NCBI RefSeq assembly: GCF_009914755.1
Contig: NC_060931.1
Strand: one strand, 5' to 3'
From: the human T2T-CHM13v2.0 reference genome, Homo sapiens
DNA length: 64,000 nt
Numbering within the stretch: the stretch's first letter is position 1; every line of letters starts with the position of its first letter. Positions 14,490 through 28,403 of the stretch are shown piece after piece. The position numbers and the translations under genes were made by a program. The notes beneath the pieces are model-generated. The model was not told the DNA's origin, ran no database searches, and worked only from the letters and a program-made list of their open reading frames with translations.

Positions 14490-17400
14490 GAAAAGTATCT
14501 GTTCATATCCTTTGCCCACTTTTTGATGGGGTTTTCTTTTTCTTGTAAATTTGTTTATGTTCCTTATAGATTCTGGATATTAGCCCTTTGTCAGATGGAT
14601 AGATCGCAAAAATTTTACCCCATTTTGTAGGTTGCCTGTTCACTCTGGTGATAGTTTCTGTTGTTGTGCAAAAGCTCTTTAGTTTAATTAGATCCCATTT
14701 GTCAATTTTGGCTTTTGTTGCCATTGCTTTTGGTGTTTTAGTCATGAAGTCTTTGCCCAGGCCTATGTCCTGAATGGTATTGCCAAGGTTTTCTTCTAGG
14801 ATTTTTATGGTTTTAGGTCCTATGTTTAAATCTTTAATCCATCTTGAGTTAAGTTTTGTATAAGGTGTAAGGAAGGGATCCAGTTTCAGTTTTCTGCATA
14901 TGGCTGGCCAGTTTTCCCAACACCATTTATTCAATAGGGAATCCTTTCCCCATCGCTTGTTTTTGTCAGGTTTGTCAAAGATCAGATGGTTGTAGATGCG
15001 TGGTGTTATTTTTGAGGCCTCTGTTCTGTTCCATTGGTCCAAATGCCTGTTTTGTTTTGGTACCAGTACCATGCTGTTTCAGTTACTGTAGCCTTGTAGT
15101 ATAGTTTGAAGTCAGATAGCGTGATGCCTCCAGCTTTATTCTTTTTGCCTAGCATTGTCTTGGCTATACGGGCTCTTTTTTGGTTTCATATGAAATTTAA
15201 AGTAGTTTTTTTCTAATTCTGTGAAGAAAGTCAATGGTAGCTTGATGGTGATCGCATTGAATCTATCAATTATTTTGGGCAGTCTGGCCATTTTCCCAAT
15301 ATTGATTCTTCCTATCCATGAGCATGGAAGATTTTTCCATTTGTGTGTGTCCTTTCTTATTTCCTTGAGCAGTGATTTGTAGTTCTCTTGAAGAGGTCCT
15401 TCACATCCATTGTAAGTGGTATTCCTAGGTATTTTATTCTCTTTGTAGCAATTGTGAATGGGAGTTTGCTCATGATTTGCCTCTCTGTTTGTCCATTATT
15501 GGTGTATAGGAATGCTTATGATTTTTGCACATTGATTTAGTATCCTGAGACTTTGCCGAAGTTGCTTATCAGCTTAAGGAGGTTTTGGGCTGAGACAATG
15601 GGGTTTTCTAAATATACAATCATGTCATCTGCAAACAGAGATAATTTAACTTTCTCTTTTCCTATTTGAATACCCTTCATTTCCTTCTCTTGCCTGATTG
15701 CCCTGGCCAGAACTGCCAATATTATGTTGAATAGGAGTGGTGAGAGAGGGCATCCTTGTCTTGTGCCGGTTTTCAAAGGAACGCTTCCAGCTTTTGCCCC
15801 TTCAGTATGATATTGGCTGTGGGTTTGTCATAAATAGCTCTTATTATTTTGAGATATGTTCCATCGATACCTAGTTTATTGAGAGTTTCTAGCATGAAGG
15901 GGGATTGAATTTTATCAGAGGCATTTTCTTCATCTATTGAGATAATCATGTGTTGTTTGTCATTGGTTCTGTTTATGTAATGGATTACATTTATTGACTT
16001 ATGTATGTTAAACCAGCCTTGCATCCCAGGGATGAAGCCAACTTGATTTTGATGGATAAGCTTTTTAATATGCTGCTAGATTCATTTTTCCAGTTTTTTA
16101 TTGAGGATTTTCGCATCGAGGTTCATCAGGGATATCTGCCTGAAATTTTCTTTTTTTGTTGTGTCTTTGCCACTTTTTGGTATCAGGATGATGCTGGCCT
16201 CATAAAATGAGTTATGGAGGAGTCCCTCTTTTTCTATTGTTTGGAATAGTTTCAGAAGGAATGGTACCAGCTCCTCTTTGTACCTCTGGTAGAATTTGCC
16301 TGTGAATCCATCCAGTCCTGGGCTTTTTATGGCTGGTAGGCTATTAATTACTGCCTCAATTTCAGAACTTGTTATTGGTCTATTCAGGGATTCAACTTTT
16401 CCTAGTTTACTCTTGGGAGGGTGTATGTGTCCAGAAATTTATCCATTTCTTCTAGATTTTCTATTTCTATTTCATTTGTGTAAAGGTGCTTATCGTATTC
16501 TCTGATGGTAGTTTGTATTTCTGTGGGATCAGTGGTGATCTTCCCTCTATCATTTGTTATTGTGTCTATTTGATTCTTCCCTCTTTTCTTCTTTATTATT
16601 CTGGCTAGTGGTCTATTTTGTTAATCTTTTCAAAAAACCAACTCCTGGACTCATTGTTTTTTTGACGGGTTTTTCTTGTCTCTATCTCCTTGAGTTCTGC
16701 TCTGATCTTAGTTATTTCTTGTCTTCTGCTAGCTTTTGAATTTGTTTCCTCTTGCTTCTCTAGTTCTTTTAATGGTGATGTTAGGGTGTAGATTTTAGAT
16801 CTTTCCACTTTCTCCTGTGGGCATTTAGTGCTATAAAGTTCCCTCTACACACTGCTTTAGCTGTGTCCCAGATATTCTGCTATGTTGTGTTTTTGTTCTC
16901 ATTGGTTTCAAAGGACTTATTTATTTCTGTCTTAATTCTGTTATTTACCTAGTAGTCATTCAGGAGCAGATTGTTCAGTTTCCATGTAGTTGTGCAGTTT
17001 TGAGGGAGTTTCTTAATCCTGAGTTCTAATTTGATTGCACAGGGGTCTGAGAGACTGTTATGATTTCTGTTCTTTTGCATTTGTTGAGGAGTGTTTTACT
17101 TCCATTATGTGGTCGATTTCAGAATAAGTGCTATGTGGTGCTGAGAAGAATGTATATTCTGTTGATTTGGGGTGGAGAGTTCTGTAGACGTCTATTAGGT
17201 CTGCTTGGTCCAGAGCTGAGTTCAAGTCCTGAATCTCCTTGATAATTTTCTGTCTCTTTGATCTGTCTAATATTGACAGTGGGGTGTTAAAGTCTTCCAC
17301 TATTGTTTGGGAGTCTAAGTGTCTTTGCAGGTCTCTAAGAACTTGCTTTATGAATCTGTGTGCTCCTGTATCAGGTGCATATGTATTTAGGATAGTTTAA

Positions 17401-17769
17401 CCCTTCTTGTTGCATTGATCCCTTTACCATTATGTAATGCCCTTCTTTGACTTTTTTATCTTTATTGGTTTAAAGTCTGTTATATTAGAGACTCCGCGCT
17501 TTTTTTTTCTTTCTTTTTTTTTTTTTTTTTTTTTTTTTTGCTTTCCATTTGCTTGGTAAATCTTCCTCCATCCCTTATTTTGAGCCTATGTGTGTCTTTG
17601 CACTTGAGATGGGTCTCCTGAATACACCACACCAATGGGTCTTGACTCTATCCAATTTGCCAGTTTGCGCTTTTTGATTGGGGCATTTAGCCTGTTTACA
17701 TTTAAAGTTAATTTTATTATGTGTGAATTTGATATCAGCATTATGATGGTAGTGAGTTATTTTGCCCAT

Positions 17770-18815
17770 TAGTTGATGCAGTTTCTTCATAGTGTCAATG
17801 GTCTTTACATTTTGGCTTGTTTTTGCAGTGGCTGGTACCGGTTTTTCCTTTCCATATTTAGTGCTTCCTTCAGGAGCTCTTCTAAGGCAGGCCTGGTGGT
17901 GACAAAATCCCTCAGCATTTGCTTGTCTGTAAAGGATTTTATTTCTCCTTCATTTGGCTGAATATGAAATTCTGGGTTGAAAATTATTTTCCTTAAGAAG
18001 GTTGAATATTGGCCCCCACTCTCTTCTGGCTTGCAGGGTTTCTGCTGAAAGATCTGCTGTTAGTCTGATGGGATTCCCTTTGTGGGTAACCCAACCCTTC
18101 TCTCCGGCTGCCCTTAACATTTTTTCCTTCATTTCTACTTTGGTGAATCTGACAATTATGTGTCTTGGGGTAGCTCTTCTCAAGGAGTATCTTTGTGGTG
18201 TTCTCTGTATTTCCTGAATTTGAATGTTGGCCAGTCTTTCTAGGCTGGGGAAGTTCTGCTGGATAATATCCTGAAGAGTGTTTTCCAACTTGGTTCCATT
18301 CTCCTCATCACTTTCAGGTACACCGATCAAATGTAGGTTTGGTCTTTTCACATAGTTCCATATCTCTTGGAGGACTTATTTGTTCCTTTTCATTCTTTTT
18401 TCTCTTATCTTGTCTTCACACTTTATTTCATTAAGTTGCTCTTCAATCTCTGATATCCCTTATTCCACTTGATCGATTTAGCTATTGATACTTGTGTATG
18501 CATCATGAAGTTTTCGTGCTGTGTTTTTCAGCTCCATCAGGTCATTTATGTCCTTCTCTAAACTGGTTATTCTAGTTAGCAACTCCTCTAACCTTTTGTC
18601 AAGGTTCTTAGCTTCCTTGCATCGTGTTAGAACATGCTCCGTTAGCTTGGAGGAGTTTGTTATTACCCACCTTCTGAAGTCTACTTCTGACAATTCGTCA
18701 AACTCACTCTCCGTCCACTTTTGTTCCCTTGCTGGTGAGGACTGTGGTCCTTTGGAGGAAATAAGGCATTCTGGTTTTTGGAATTTTCAGCCTTTTTGCA
18801 CTGGTTTATCCTCAT
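17770..18815 (-). pseudogene. Disrupted L1 ORF1 of the L1PA7-like element
   Basis: Minus-strand peptides KRPNLHLIGVPES, RLTADLSAETLQARREW and the coiled-coil fragment; start ATG at 18815. Confidence 0.85.
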
Positions 18816-19523
18816 CTTCATGGATTTATCAAACTTTGGTCTTTGCTGTTGGTAACCTATGGATGAAGTTTTTGAGTGGTTGTCCTTTTTGTCAAGGTTG
18901 ATGCTATTGCTTTCTGTTTCTTAGTTTTCCTTCTAACAGTCAGGCCCCTCTTCTGCAAGTCTGCTGGAGTTTGCTGGGGGTCCACTCCAGACCTTGTTTG
19001 CCTGGGTATCACCAGTGGAGGCTACAGAACAGCAATGATTGCTGCCTGATCCTTCCTGTGGAAGTTTCATCCCAGAGGGGCACCCACCACCTGCTAGCCA
19101 GAGCTCTCCTGTATGAGGTGTCTGTCAAACCCTGCTGGGAGATGTCTCCCTGTCAGGATGCACAGGGGTCAGGGACCCACTTAAGGAGGCAGTCTGTCCC
19201 ATAGCAGAGCTCAAGCACTGTGCTGGGAGATCTGCTGCTCTCTTCAGAGTTGGCAGGCAGGAACGTTTAAGTCTACTGAAGCTTCACCCACAGCTGCCCC
19301 TTCCCCCAGGTGCTCTGTCCCAGGGAGATGGGAGTTTTATCTATAATCCCCTGACTGGGGCTGCTGACTTTCTCTCAGAGATGCCCTGCCCAGAGAAGAG
19401 GAATCTAGAAAGGCAGTTTGGCTACAGTGGCTTTGCGGTGCTGCAGTGGGCTCCGTCCAATCCAAACTTCCCGGTGGCTTTGTTTACACTGTGAGAGGCA
19501 AACAGCCTACTCAAGGCTCAGTA

Positions 19524-19673
19524 ATGGTGGATGCCCCTCCCCCCACCAAGCTCGAGCATCTCAGGTCCACTTCAGACTGCCGTGCTGGCAGCGAGAATTT
19601 CAAGTCAGTGGGTCTTAGCTTGCTGGGCTCTGTGTGGGTGGGATCTGCTGAGCAAGACCACTTGCTTCCCTGA
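19524..19673 (+). CDS. ORF0-like antisense ORF (49 aa) in the L1PA7 5'UTR
   Basis: MVDAPPPTKLEHLRSTSDC...SVWVGSAE resembles the L1 ORF0 N-terminus (MAGAPPP..SDC..SVGVGPSE); Kozak context GTAATGG. Confidence 0.55.
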   Translation: MVDAPPPTKLEHLRSTSDCRAGSENFKSVGLSLLGSVWVGSAEQDHLLP

Positions 19674-20795
19674 CTTCAGCCCCCTTTCCAGGGGAGTAAA
19701 CGGTTCTGTCTTGCTGGTGTTCCAGGTGCCACTGGAGTACAAAATAAAACTCCTGCAGCTATCTCAGTGTCTGCCCAAACGGCTGCCCAGTTTTCTGCTT
19801 GAAACCCAGGGCCCTTGTGGTATAGGCACCCAAGAGAATCTCCTGGTCTGTGGGTTGTTAAGACCATGGGAAAAGCGTAGTATCTGAGCCTGATAGCACC
19901 ATCCTTCATGGCACAGTCCCTCATGGCCTCCCTTAGCTAGGGGAGGTTGTTCCCTGACCCTTTGTGCTTCCCAGGTGAGGCAATGCCCCACCCTGCTTTT
20001 GTTCATCCTCGGTGGGCTGCATCCATTGTCTAACCAGTCCCAATGAGATGAACCAGGTACCTTAGTTGGAAATGCAGAAATCACCCGCCTTCTGCATTCG
20101 TCTCTGGGAGCTGCAGACCAGAGTTGTTCCTATTCAGCCATCATGCCCGGGAATCCATATTTGACCTTTTATTTTATTTTTAGATTCCACATGTGAGTGA
20201 GGCAATGTACTATTTTTCTTTCTGTGTCTGGTTTATTTCCCTTAGCATAATGTCACACAGGTCTATTCCTTTTTTAAGACTGAATAACATTTCATTGCAC
20301 ATATATATGTACATATAGAATGTGTATATATATATATATATACAATTACAATAGCTATAATATAATAGCTATTAGCTATTATATTAGCTATATAGTGCCC
20401 CATTGTTATTGTTATTATCCATTCATCTGTTGACAGACGTTTAGGTTGTTTCCATATTTTGGCTATTCTGAATATTGCTGCAGTGAACACAGAAGTGCAG
20501 GGATGATGATTTCATCTCCTTTGGGTATATACCCCAAAAAAGGGATTGCTGGGTAATATGGTAGTTCTATTTTTTAATTTCTTAGGAACCTCCAGATCAT
20601 CTTCCATAACATTTGTACCAAGCTACATTCCCACTAACAATGTATTAGGGTCTCCTTTTCTCTGCAACCTTGCCAACATTTATTATCTCTTGTCCTTTTG
20701 ATAACAGCCATTCAAACAGGTGTGAGATGATATCTCATAGTGGTTTTAATTTTCATTTCCTTGATGAATGGTGGTACGGAGCACCTTTTTAAATA

Positions 20796-21758
20796 CAGTC
20801 ATACATCACCTAATGATGTGGACACATTCTGAGAAATGCACTGTTAGGTAATTTTGTTGTTTTTTGAACACCATAGAGTGCACTTACACAAACCTGATGC
20901 CATATGCTACTACATATTTAGGTTACATGGTATAGCCTATTGTTTCTACACTATAAACCTGTATAGGATGTTATTGTAGTAAAATACTGTAATCAAATGT
21001 AACGTAAGGATAAGTGTTTGTATATCTAAACATAGAAAAGGTACAGTAAAAACATGGTATAAAAGATAATAAGTGGTACACCTATATAGAGCACTTACCA
21101 TGAATGGAGCTTGCTGAACTAGAAGCTGATCTGGGTGAGTCACTGAGTGAGCAATGAGTGAATGTGAAGGACTAGGACATTACTGTACACTACTGTAGAC
21201 TTTATAAACACTGTACACTTGGGCTACACTAAACTTATTTTTACATTTTCTTTCTTCAATTATAAACTTACCCTACTTACTGTAACATTTTTACTTTATA
21301 AACTTGTTAATGGTTTTTATCTGTTTGACTCTTTTATAATAACACTTAGCTTAAAACAAAAGCACATTGTACAGCTGTACAAAAATATTTTCTATTTTTA
21401 TCCCTATGCTATTAGCTTTGTTCTATGTTAAAATTATTTTACTTTTTTACTTTTAAATTTTCTTGTTAAAAACGAAGACATAAACATACATATTAGGCTA
21501 GGCCTACTCAGGGTCAAGATCATCCATATCACTGTCTCCTGCCTCCACATCTTGTCCCACTGGAAGGCCTTCAGCATCAATAACACATATGCTCTCATCT
21601 CCCATGACAACAATGCCTTCTTCTGGGTACTTCCTGAAGGACCTGCCTGATACTGTTTTACAATTAACATTGTTTTTAATAAATAGAAAAAGTACACTCT
21701 AAAATAATAATTTATAGTATAGTAAACACATAAACCAGTAATGGTCATTTATTATCAT
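20796..21758. mobile_element. Tigger3 (Tigger3b-like) DNA transposon with one end deleted
   Basis: TA|CAGTCATACATCACCTAATGA...TTCTGAGAAATGC terminus and typical internal sequence; no second TIR before the L1 resumes. Confidence 0.85.
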
Positions 21759-24700
21759 TTTGCTTTTGTAGCCTGAGCTTTTGATGTGATATCCAAAAAG
21801 TCATTGTCAGGCAATGTCAAGGAGATTTCACGTGATGTTCTCTTCTAGGAGTTTTATGGTTTTATGATTTCAGGTCTAACACTTAGGCCTTTCATTCATT
21901 TTGAGTTGATTTTTACATAGGTGTAAAATTGTGTCCAATTTTATCATTTTGCATGTGGAAATCAAGTTTTCACAGCACCTTTTACTGAGGAAACTATCCT
22001 TTTCCCATTGTGTTCTCTTGGTGCCCTTGTTGAAAATCAGTCGATCATATATGTTTGAATTTATCTGTGGGCTTTCTATCCTGTTTCTTGGGTCTATGGT
22101 TCTGTTTTAATGCTAGTATCATACTATTTTGATTACTATAGCTTTGGAATATAACTTTAAATCAGGATGTGCGATGCTTGATGCTTCCAACTTTGTCTTT
22201 GTTTTATTTTGGCTAGTCTGGTTTTTTGTGGTTCTATATAAATTTTAAAATTGTTTCTCTATTTCTATTTCTATTGTTTTTGCTATCTCTATGAAGAATG
22301 CCATTGGAATTTTGATAGGGATTGTGTTACATCTGCATACTGATTTGGGGTAGCAGGACATTTTAACAATTTTACTTCTTCCAATCCATGAGCACATGTT
22401 ATCTTTCCAATTTTTGTGTCTTCTTCAATTTCTTTCATTTAAGTTTTATAATTTTCATTATATAAATATTTCATCCCTTTGGTATTTTTTATGCTATTCT
22501 AAATGAAATTGTTTTCTTGATTTTTTTTTTCAGCTACATTTCTATTGGTGTATAGAAATGCTAATGATTTTTGTATGTTCCTTTTGTATCCTGCAACTTT
22601 ACTGAATATCTTTATTTGTCATAGTGTGGATTTTTGGGAAATATTTAGGGATTTCTACAATACAATTATGTCATCTGCAAATACAGATAATCTTATTTCT
22701 TTCTTCTCAGTCTGGATGCCTTTATTTTTTCTTCTTCTCTGATTGCTCTTGCAGTATTGTATTGTACTTGCAGTACTATATTGAATAGAAGTGGTAAAGG
22801 TGTGCATTCCTACCTTGAACTGGATCTTAGTAGAAAACTTTCACTTGTTCCCCACTGATATGATGTTATCTGTGGATATTTCATAAATGACCTTTGTTAT
22901 GTTGAGAAACTTTCTGTATCTAAACTGTTAAGAGTTTTTATGAAGAAAGAATGCTGAACTTTTGTCAAATGCTTTTCTCTGTGTCACTTGAGATGATCAT
23001 GTATTTTCTTGCATTCTGTTAATATGATAAATCACATTGATTTAACTTTATATCATATTGATTAATTTTTAAAAAAGCTTTGCATGGCAGAGATAAATCT
23101 CACTTGGCCATGATGTGTAATCTTCTTGATGTGTTCTTGAATTCGGTTTGCTAATATTTTATTGAAGATGTTTGCATCAAAGATCATCAGAGATATTGGC
23201 CTGTAGTTTTGTTCTCTTGTGGTATCTTTTTCTGGTTTAAGTAGCAAAGTGATGCTGGCTTCGAAAATGTGTTTGGAAGTATTTCTGCTAGCTCTATTTT
23301 TTGCATACATTTAAGAAGTACTGATGATGATGCTTCTTTGAATTTTTGGTAGAATTCAACCAAAAAGCACCTGGTCTTGGGCTTATAGGTTTTAAACTCT
23401 TCCATCTCTTTATTTGTTATTGATTTACTCAAACTTTCTATTACTTCCTGACTCAAACTTGGTAGGTTATATTTTTCTAGAAATTTATCAATGTCGTCTA
23501 GTTTATTCTATTTGTTGGCATAGAATTGTTCATAATAGTCCATTATGACCCTTTTTATTTCTGATATATCTGTTATAATGTCTCCACTTTCATTTCTAAT
23601 TTTATTTTTTGAGTCTTCTCTTTTTTCTTAGTTGACAGATTTGATTATTTTGTTTAATTTCTCAAAAATCCAACTCTTGATTTTATTGATTTTTTTCTGT
23701 AGTTTTCTGTTTTCTATTTGATTTATTTTTTTCTCTGATCTTTATTATTTATTTCCTTCTACTAACTTTGGGTTTAGTTTGTTCTTTTTCTAGCCCCTTG
23801 AAGCATAATGTTGGGCTATGTTTTGGGGATATTTCTTCATTTTTAATGTAGGCACTTATTGCTATCAACTTCCCTCTTAGAATTGCTTTTGCTGTTGCTA
23901 TATCCCATAGGTTGGGATATGTTGTGCTTCCATTGCCATTTGTCTCAAGAAATTTTTTAAGTTTTCTCTTATTTTTTTTCTTTAACCTTGGTTTTTCAGA
24001 AGCATGTTGTTTAATTTCCACATATTTGTAAATTTTCCAAGATTCTTCCTGTTGCTGATTTCCACTATGAAACTACAATGGTACTATTCTGGTTGGAGAC
24101 AATACTAGATATAATTTCAATATCTTTTAATTTGCTAAGACTTGTTTCGTGGCCTAACATATGGTGTATACTGAAGTACATCTCATGAATGTTAAAGAAG
24201 AATATATATTCTGCTACTGTCAGATGAAAAACTCTATATGTGTCTCTAAGGTCCAATTGGTGTAAAGTTCAGTTCCGTTCCAGAATTTCCTTGTGAACCT
24301 TCTGTCCAGCTGATCTATCCATTATTGAAAGTGGGATATTAAAGTACCCTAGTATTATTGTATTGCTATCTATTTCTTCCCTCATGTTCATTAAAATTCG
24401 CTTTATATATTTATGTGATTTTATGTTGAGTGCATCTACATTTATAATTATGAAAATTGTAAATATTGTGATTACAAATTATAAATTGTCTTCTTGATGA
24501 GTTGACTCCTTTATTATTAAATAATGACCCTTTTGTCTGTTATAACAGTTCTTGACTTAATGTCTATTTTAACTGATATAAATAAAACCACCTCAGCTTT
24601 TTTCTAGTTACTAGTGGCCTGTAATATCTTCTTCTATCTCACTTTCAAACTGTATTTATCCTTAAAACAAAAATGGTCTCTTGTAAGCACAATATAGTTG

Positions 24701-27700
24701 CATCTTCTTTTTTTAAATCCATTCAGCCACTTTTTTGTCTTCTAATAAGAGAGTTTAATCTATTTACATTTAAGTTTTTTAATGATAGGTAAGGATTTAT
24801 TGCTGCCATTTTGTTGACATTGTTAGATCACTTTTCTTTCTTCCTCTCTTATTGTTCACCTTGGTGATTTGGTGATTTTCTGTAGTGCTAATTTTTTTTT
24901 TTTTTTTCTCTTTCTTGTTCGTGTATGTGCTGTAGTTTTTTGCTTTGTAGTTATCATGGGGTTTACATAAAATATCTTATACTTACAATAAGCTATTTTT
25001 AGCTGATAACAACTTAATTTGGGTCACATCAAATATTTTATCCTCCTCATTATGATTTATAATAGGGTTACCACAATTTGCATTCTTTTGTATTGTATAT
25101 TCCTTAGCAACTTATGGTAACTATAGTTACTTATTTTTACCATTTTGACTTTTAACCTTCATACTAGAGATTTGAAAGATTTACCCACCACCATTTCTGT
25201 CACAGAGCATTTTGAATTTGATTATGAATTTACCTCTGCCAATGAGTTTTATTTCATACATTTTCATATTAGTAATTATCATGCTTTCATTTCTGGTTGA
25301 AACACTCCCTTAGGCATATCATGTAAGGCAGTTCTAGTGGTAATGAATTCCCTCAACTTTTGTTTGTCTAGGAAATACTTTATTTCTCCTTCATTTCTGT
25401 AGGACAGTTTTACTAGATAGAGTATTCTTGACTGGCAGATTTTTCTTTCAGCATTTTGAATATATCATCCCATTTTCTCCTGGCCTGAAAAGTTTCTGCT
25501 GAGAAATCTGTTGATAGACTAAAGGAGATTTTCTTCTCTGTCATTTAATGATATTCTCTTGTTGCTTTTAAATTTTTCTTTGTCTTTGACTTTTGACATT
25601 TTGATTATAATGTGCCTCAATATGGACCTCTTTGAGTTGAACCTGTTTGTGGTTTGAGCCAAATGGATCTGGATACCCAAATCGCTTCCAAGACTTGAGA
25701 AGTTTTCCATAATTATTTTGTTAAATAATGTTTCTGTGACCTTCACCATCTCTTTGTACTCTGGAATTCCCATAATGCAAATCTTTGTTTGCTTAATGGT
25801 ATCCCATAAGTCCTATAGGCTTTCTTCACTCTTTTTTTAAACTTGTTTTTTTCCATGGATTAGTTGATTTCGAAAGACCTGTCTTCAAGTTCAAAGATTC
25901 TTCCTTCTCCTTTATGTAATTTACTGTTACTCTCAATCGTTTTTTTCTATTTCATTCATAGTGTTCCTCAGCTCCAAGATCTCTGTTGGTTCTTTTCTAT
26001 AACATCTTTTTGTTGAATTTTTCATTTTTATTATGAATTGTTTTTCTAATTTCATTAAATTGTCTATCTGTATTCTCCTGTATCTTACTGAGTATCCTTA
26101 AAGCATTGTTTCAAATTCCTTTTCAAATAATTCATAGATTTTCATTTCTTTGAGGTTAGTTACTAGAGCATTATTGTGTTCCTTAAAGCAGGGAACAGCT
26201 GCAATTTGGGCTCCAAGATACAACAGGGCACAGTGGTAACTTGAGCAACAGGAGAAATTACACCACACAGTGGTGACTCTGGACACTGGAGTGGTAGGAT
26301 ACAGCACTGGCTCAAACTTTGTGATGCCAAGTGTGATGATAGAAAGGACCCAGGAATGGCAGGGTACAGCAGTGACTTGAACTCCAGAGGGTAAGAAGCA
26401 GTGTAATTATGGCCTAACTCAACCACTCAGACTTCAGTGGGATAGTCCAGATTCATGGAAGCAGGCCACTGCAGCTGTTCAGCCCAGACAGTGGGGTGGC
26501 ACAGCTCATCCAAGGCTCTGTTTCCCTGAGTGTAAGGCACCACATCACTCAGGTGCCAGGGGGTACCTGGTCCAGCTCTTCTGGACCAGGCTCTGGATAT
26601 CTGAGAGGTCTGATGCTATATGGGCTCAAGCGCCAGTGTCACAGCTACTCCCCTGGGCTGAAGCTCTGATTCAGAGAGGCAAGGTACTGGGTTGCTTCAA
26701 GTGCTGAGGGCACAGCTACTCTGAAAGGCACGTGCATCTGGTTTCCAGGGAACAAGGTTCCATATGGGCTTGAGTGTCAGGCTTTCAGCTGCTCTCAGGG
26801 CCAAAACTGCGATTCCCTGGGGGTGGGGAATCAGATTGGTTAAAGCTGAGGGGCCTTGACTGCTCCACAGGCTTAGGTACAGCTTTTCCACTAGATGAGA
26901 GCACCTGGTCTCCTAAGGGCAAGGCACAGCATGGGCTTCGATGCTGGGGTCATGGCTGCTTCCCTATGCTGAAGCTCTGATTCCTGCGGAACAGGGAACT
27001 GAATTGGTTTGGGCACTTGGAGCACAGTTTCTTTGCTGGGCCTGTGGTTTCAAGTAGCAGGTTGAGGTGCAGCAGCAACAGGGATGGGGGAGGTAGAGTG
27101 ATTCCTGGGCAGTATAGCTGGAGAATGTGGTGCAGTACTGTGTGTCTATGTGAAGCCATAACAGCAGAATCTCTGGGATGGAGGGATGCAATGGCTACTA
27201 GTCCCTGGAGCAGGGTACACTCTAAGAGGGGCTGTGGTTTGAAAATGGAACCTTGCAGTAGGAGGTTGGAAAACAAGGAGCAGGGCACAATGTGGGCTCC
27301 TCCCCTGGAGTAATGCAGCTGTATGAACTCCAGGCAGCTCCCTAAACTGGACTCAGTGCCTGTGAGGACTGTAGGCTTCTCCAGTAGTGAAGACTGCAAA
27401 TGCCTGTGGTGGTGATGAGGGTCTCTCAGGGCCTCTTGCTTACCTCTTCCTTAGAGAGAGAAGGCCCTCCTGGTTTCTGAGTTGATCCCAACTCGGGGAA
27501 TGGGCTGGCAGAAGCAAGGTGTTTCAACCCCTTTTCTATGAAGCCATCCTGAGTTTCCATGCCACACAGAGTTTCTGCCACTCCCTTGCTATACTTCAGC
27601 ACTCTCCTTTAGTCACTCTGGTCAAAATGTAGTTATTTGTTTACTGTTTTGGTCCATTTTTGTGAGGATGGGAATAAGCATTAAGCACCTTCAATCAACC

Positions 27701-28040
27701 ATCTTATTCTTATTGGATAAATTTAAAATTACACATGGACATGATGTTACAAATTTAACCCCTGGGGAATTCTGATGCTGTCTTTAAAATAATAAGATAC
27801 ATAGCATTTTCTTTAATTTAATGTCTCCAATTATTAAATACTCCTGATTTCAGAGAGATTGATTTTTATAAACATGCATCTTAGAATTGATGAAACTTTT
27901 AAATATAATGGCTACAGATCAAAAGTGACATAATTTTTTATAGTAGCCATAGCCATTCTGACTGGAGTGAGGTGCTATCTCGTAATTTTGATTTGCATTT
28001 CCCTGATGATTAGTGATGTTGAGTATTCTTTAATATATCT

Positions 28041-28403
28041 TGTATTAGTCCATTTTCACACTGCTGATAAAGACATACCCAAGACTGGGAAGAAAAAGAG
28101 GTTTAACAGACTTACAGTTCCACATGGCTCAGGAGGCCTCATAATCATGGTGGAAGGCATGTAGGAGCAAGTCACATCATACATGGATGGCTGCAAGCAG
28201 AAAAAGAGAGAGCTTGTGTAGGGAAACTCCCATTTTTAAACCCACCTGATCCTGTGAGTTTCATTCACTATCACAAGAACAGAGCAGGAAAGATCTGCCC
28301 CAATAATTCAATTAACTCCCATTGGTTCCTCTCATGACTCTTGGGAATTGGGGGAGTTACATTCAAGATGAGATTTGGGTGGGGACATAGCCAAACCATA
28401 TCA
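28041..28403 (-). mobile_element. THE1 (THE1B-like) solo LTR
   Basis: TGTATTAGTCC...AGCCAAACCATATCA with perfect 5-bp TSD TATCT (28036-28040, 28404-28408). Confidence 0.93.

Noticed and set aside
26098-27399. Cluster of 64-149 aa ORFs in GC-richer DNA, possible exon or promoter island
   Set aside because: Lies within the 5'UTR of the L1MA element; CpG-poor and no recognisable protein motif
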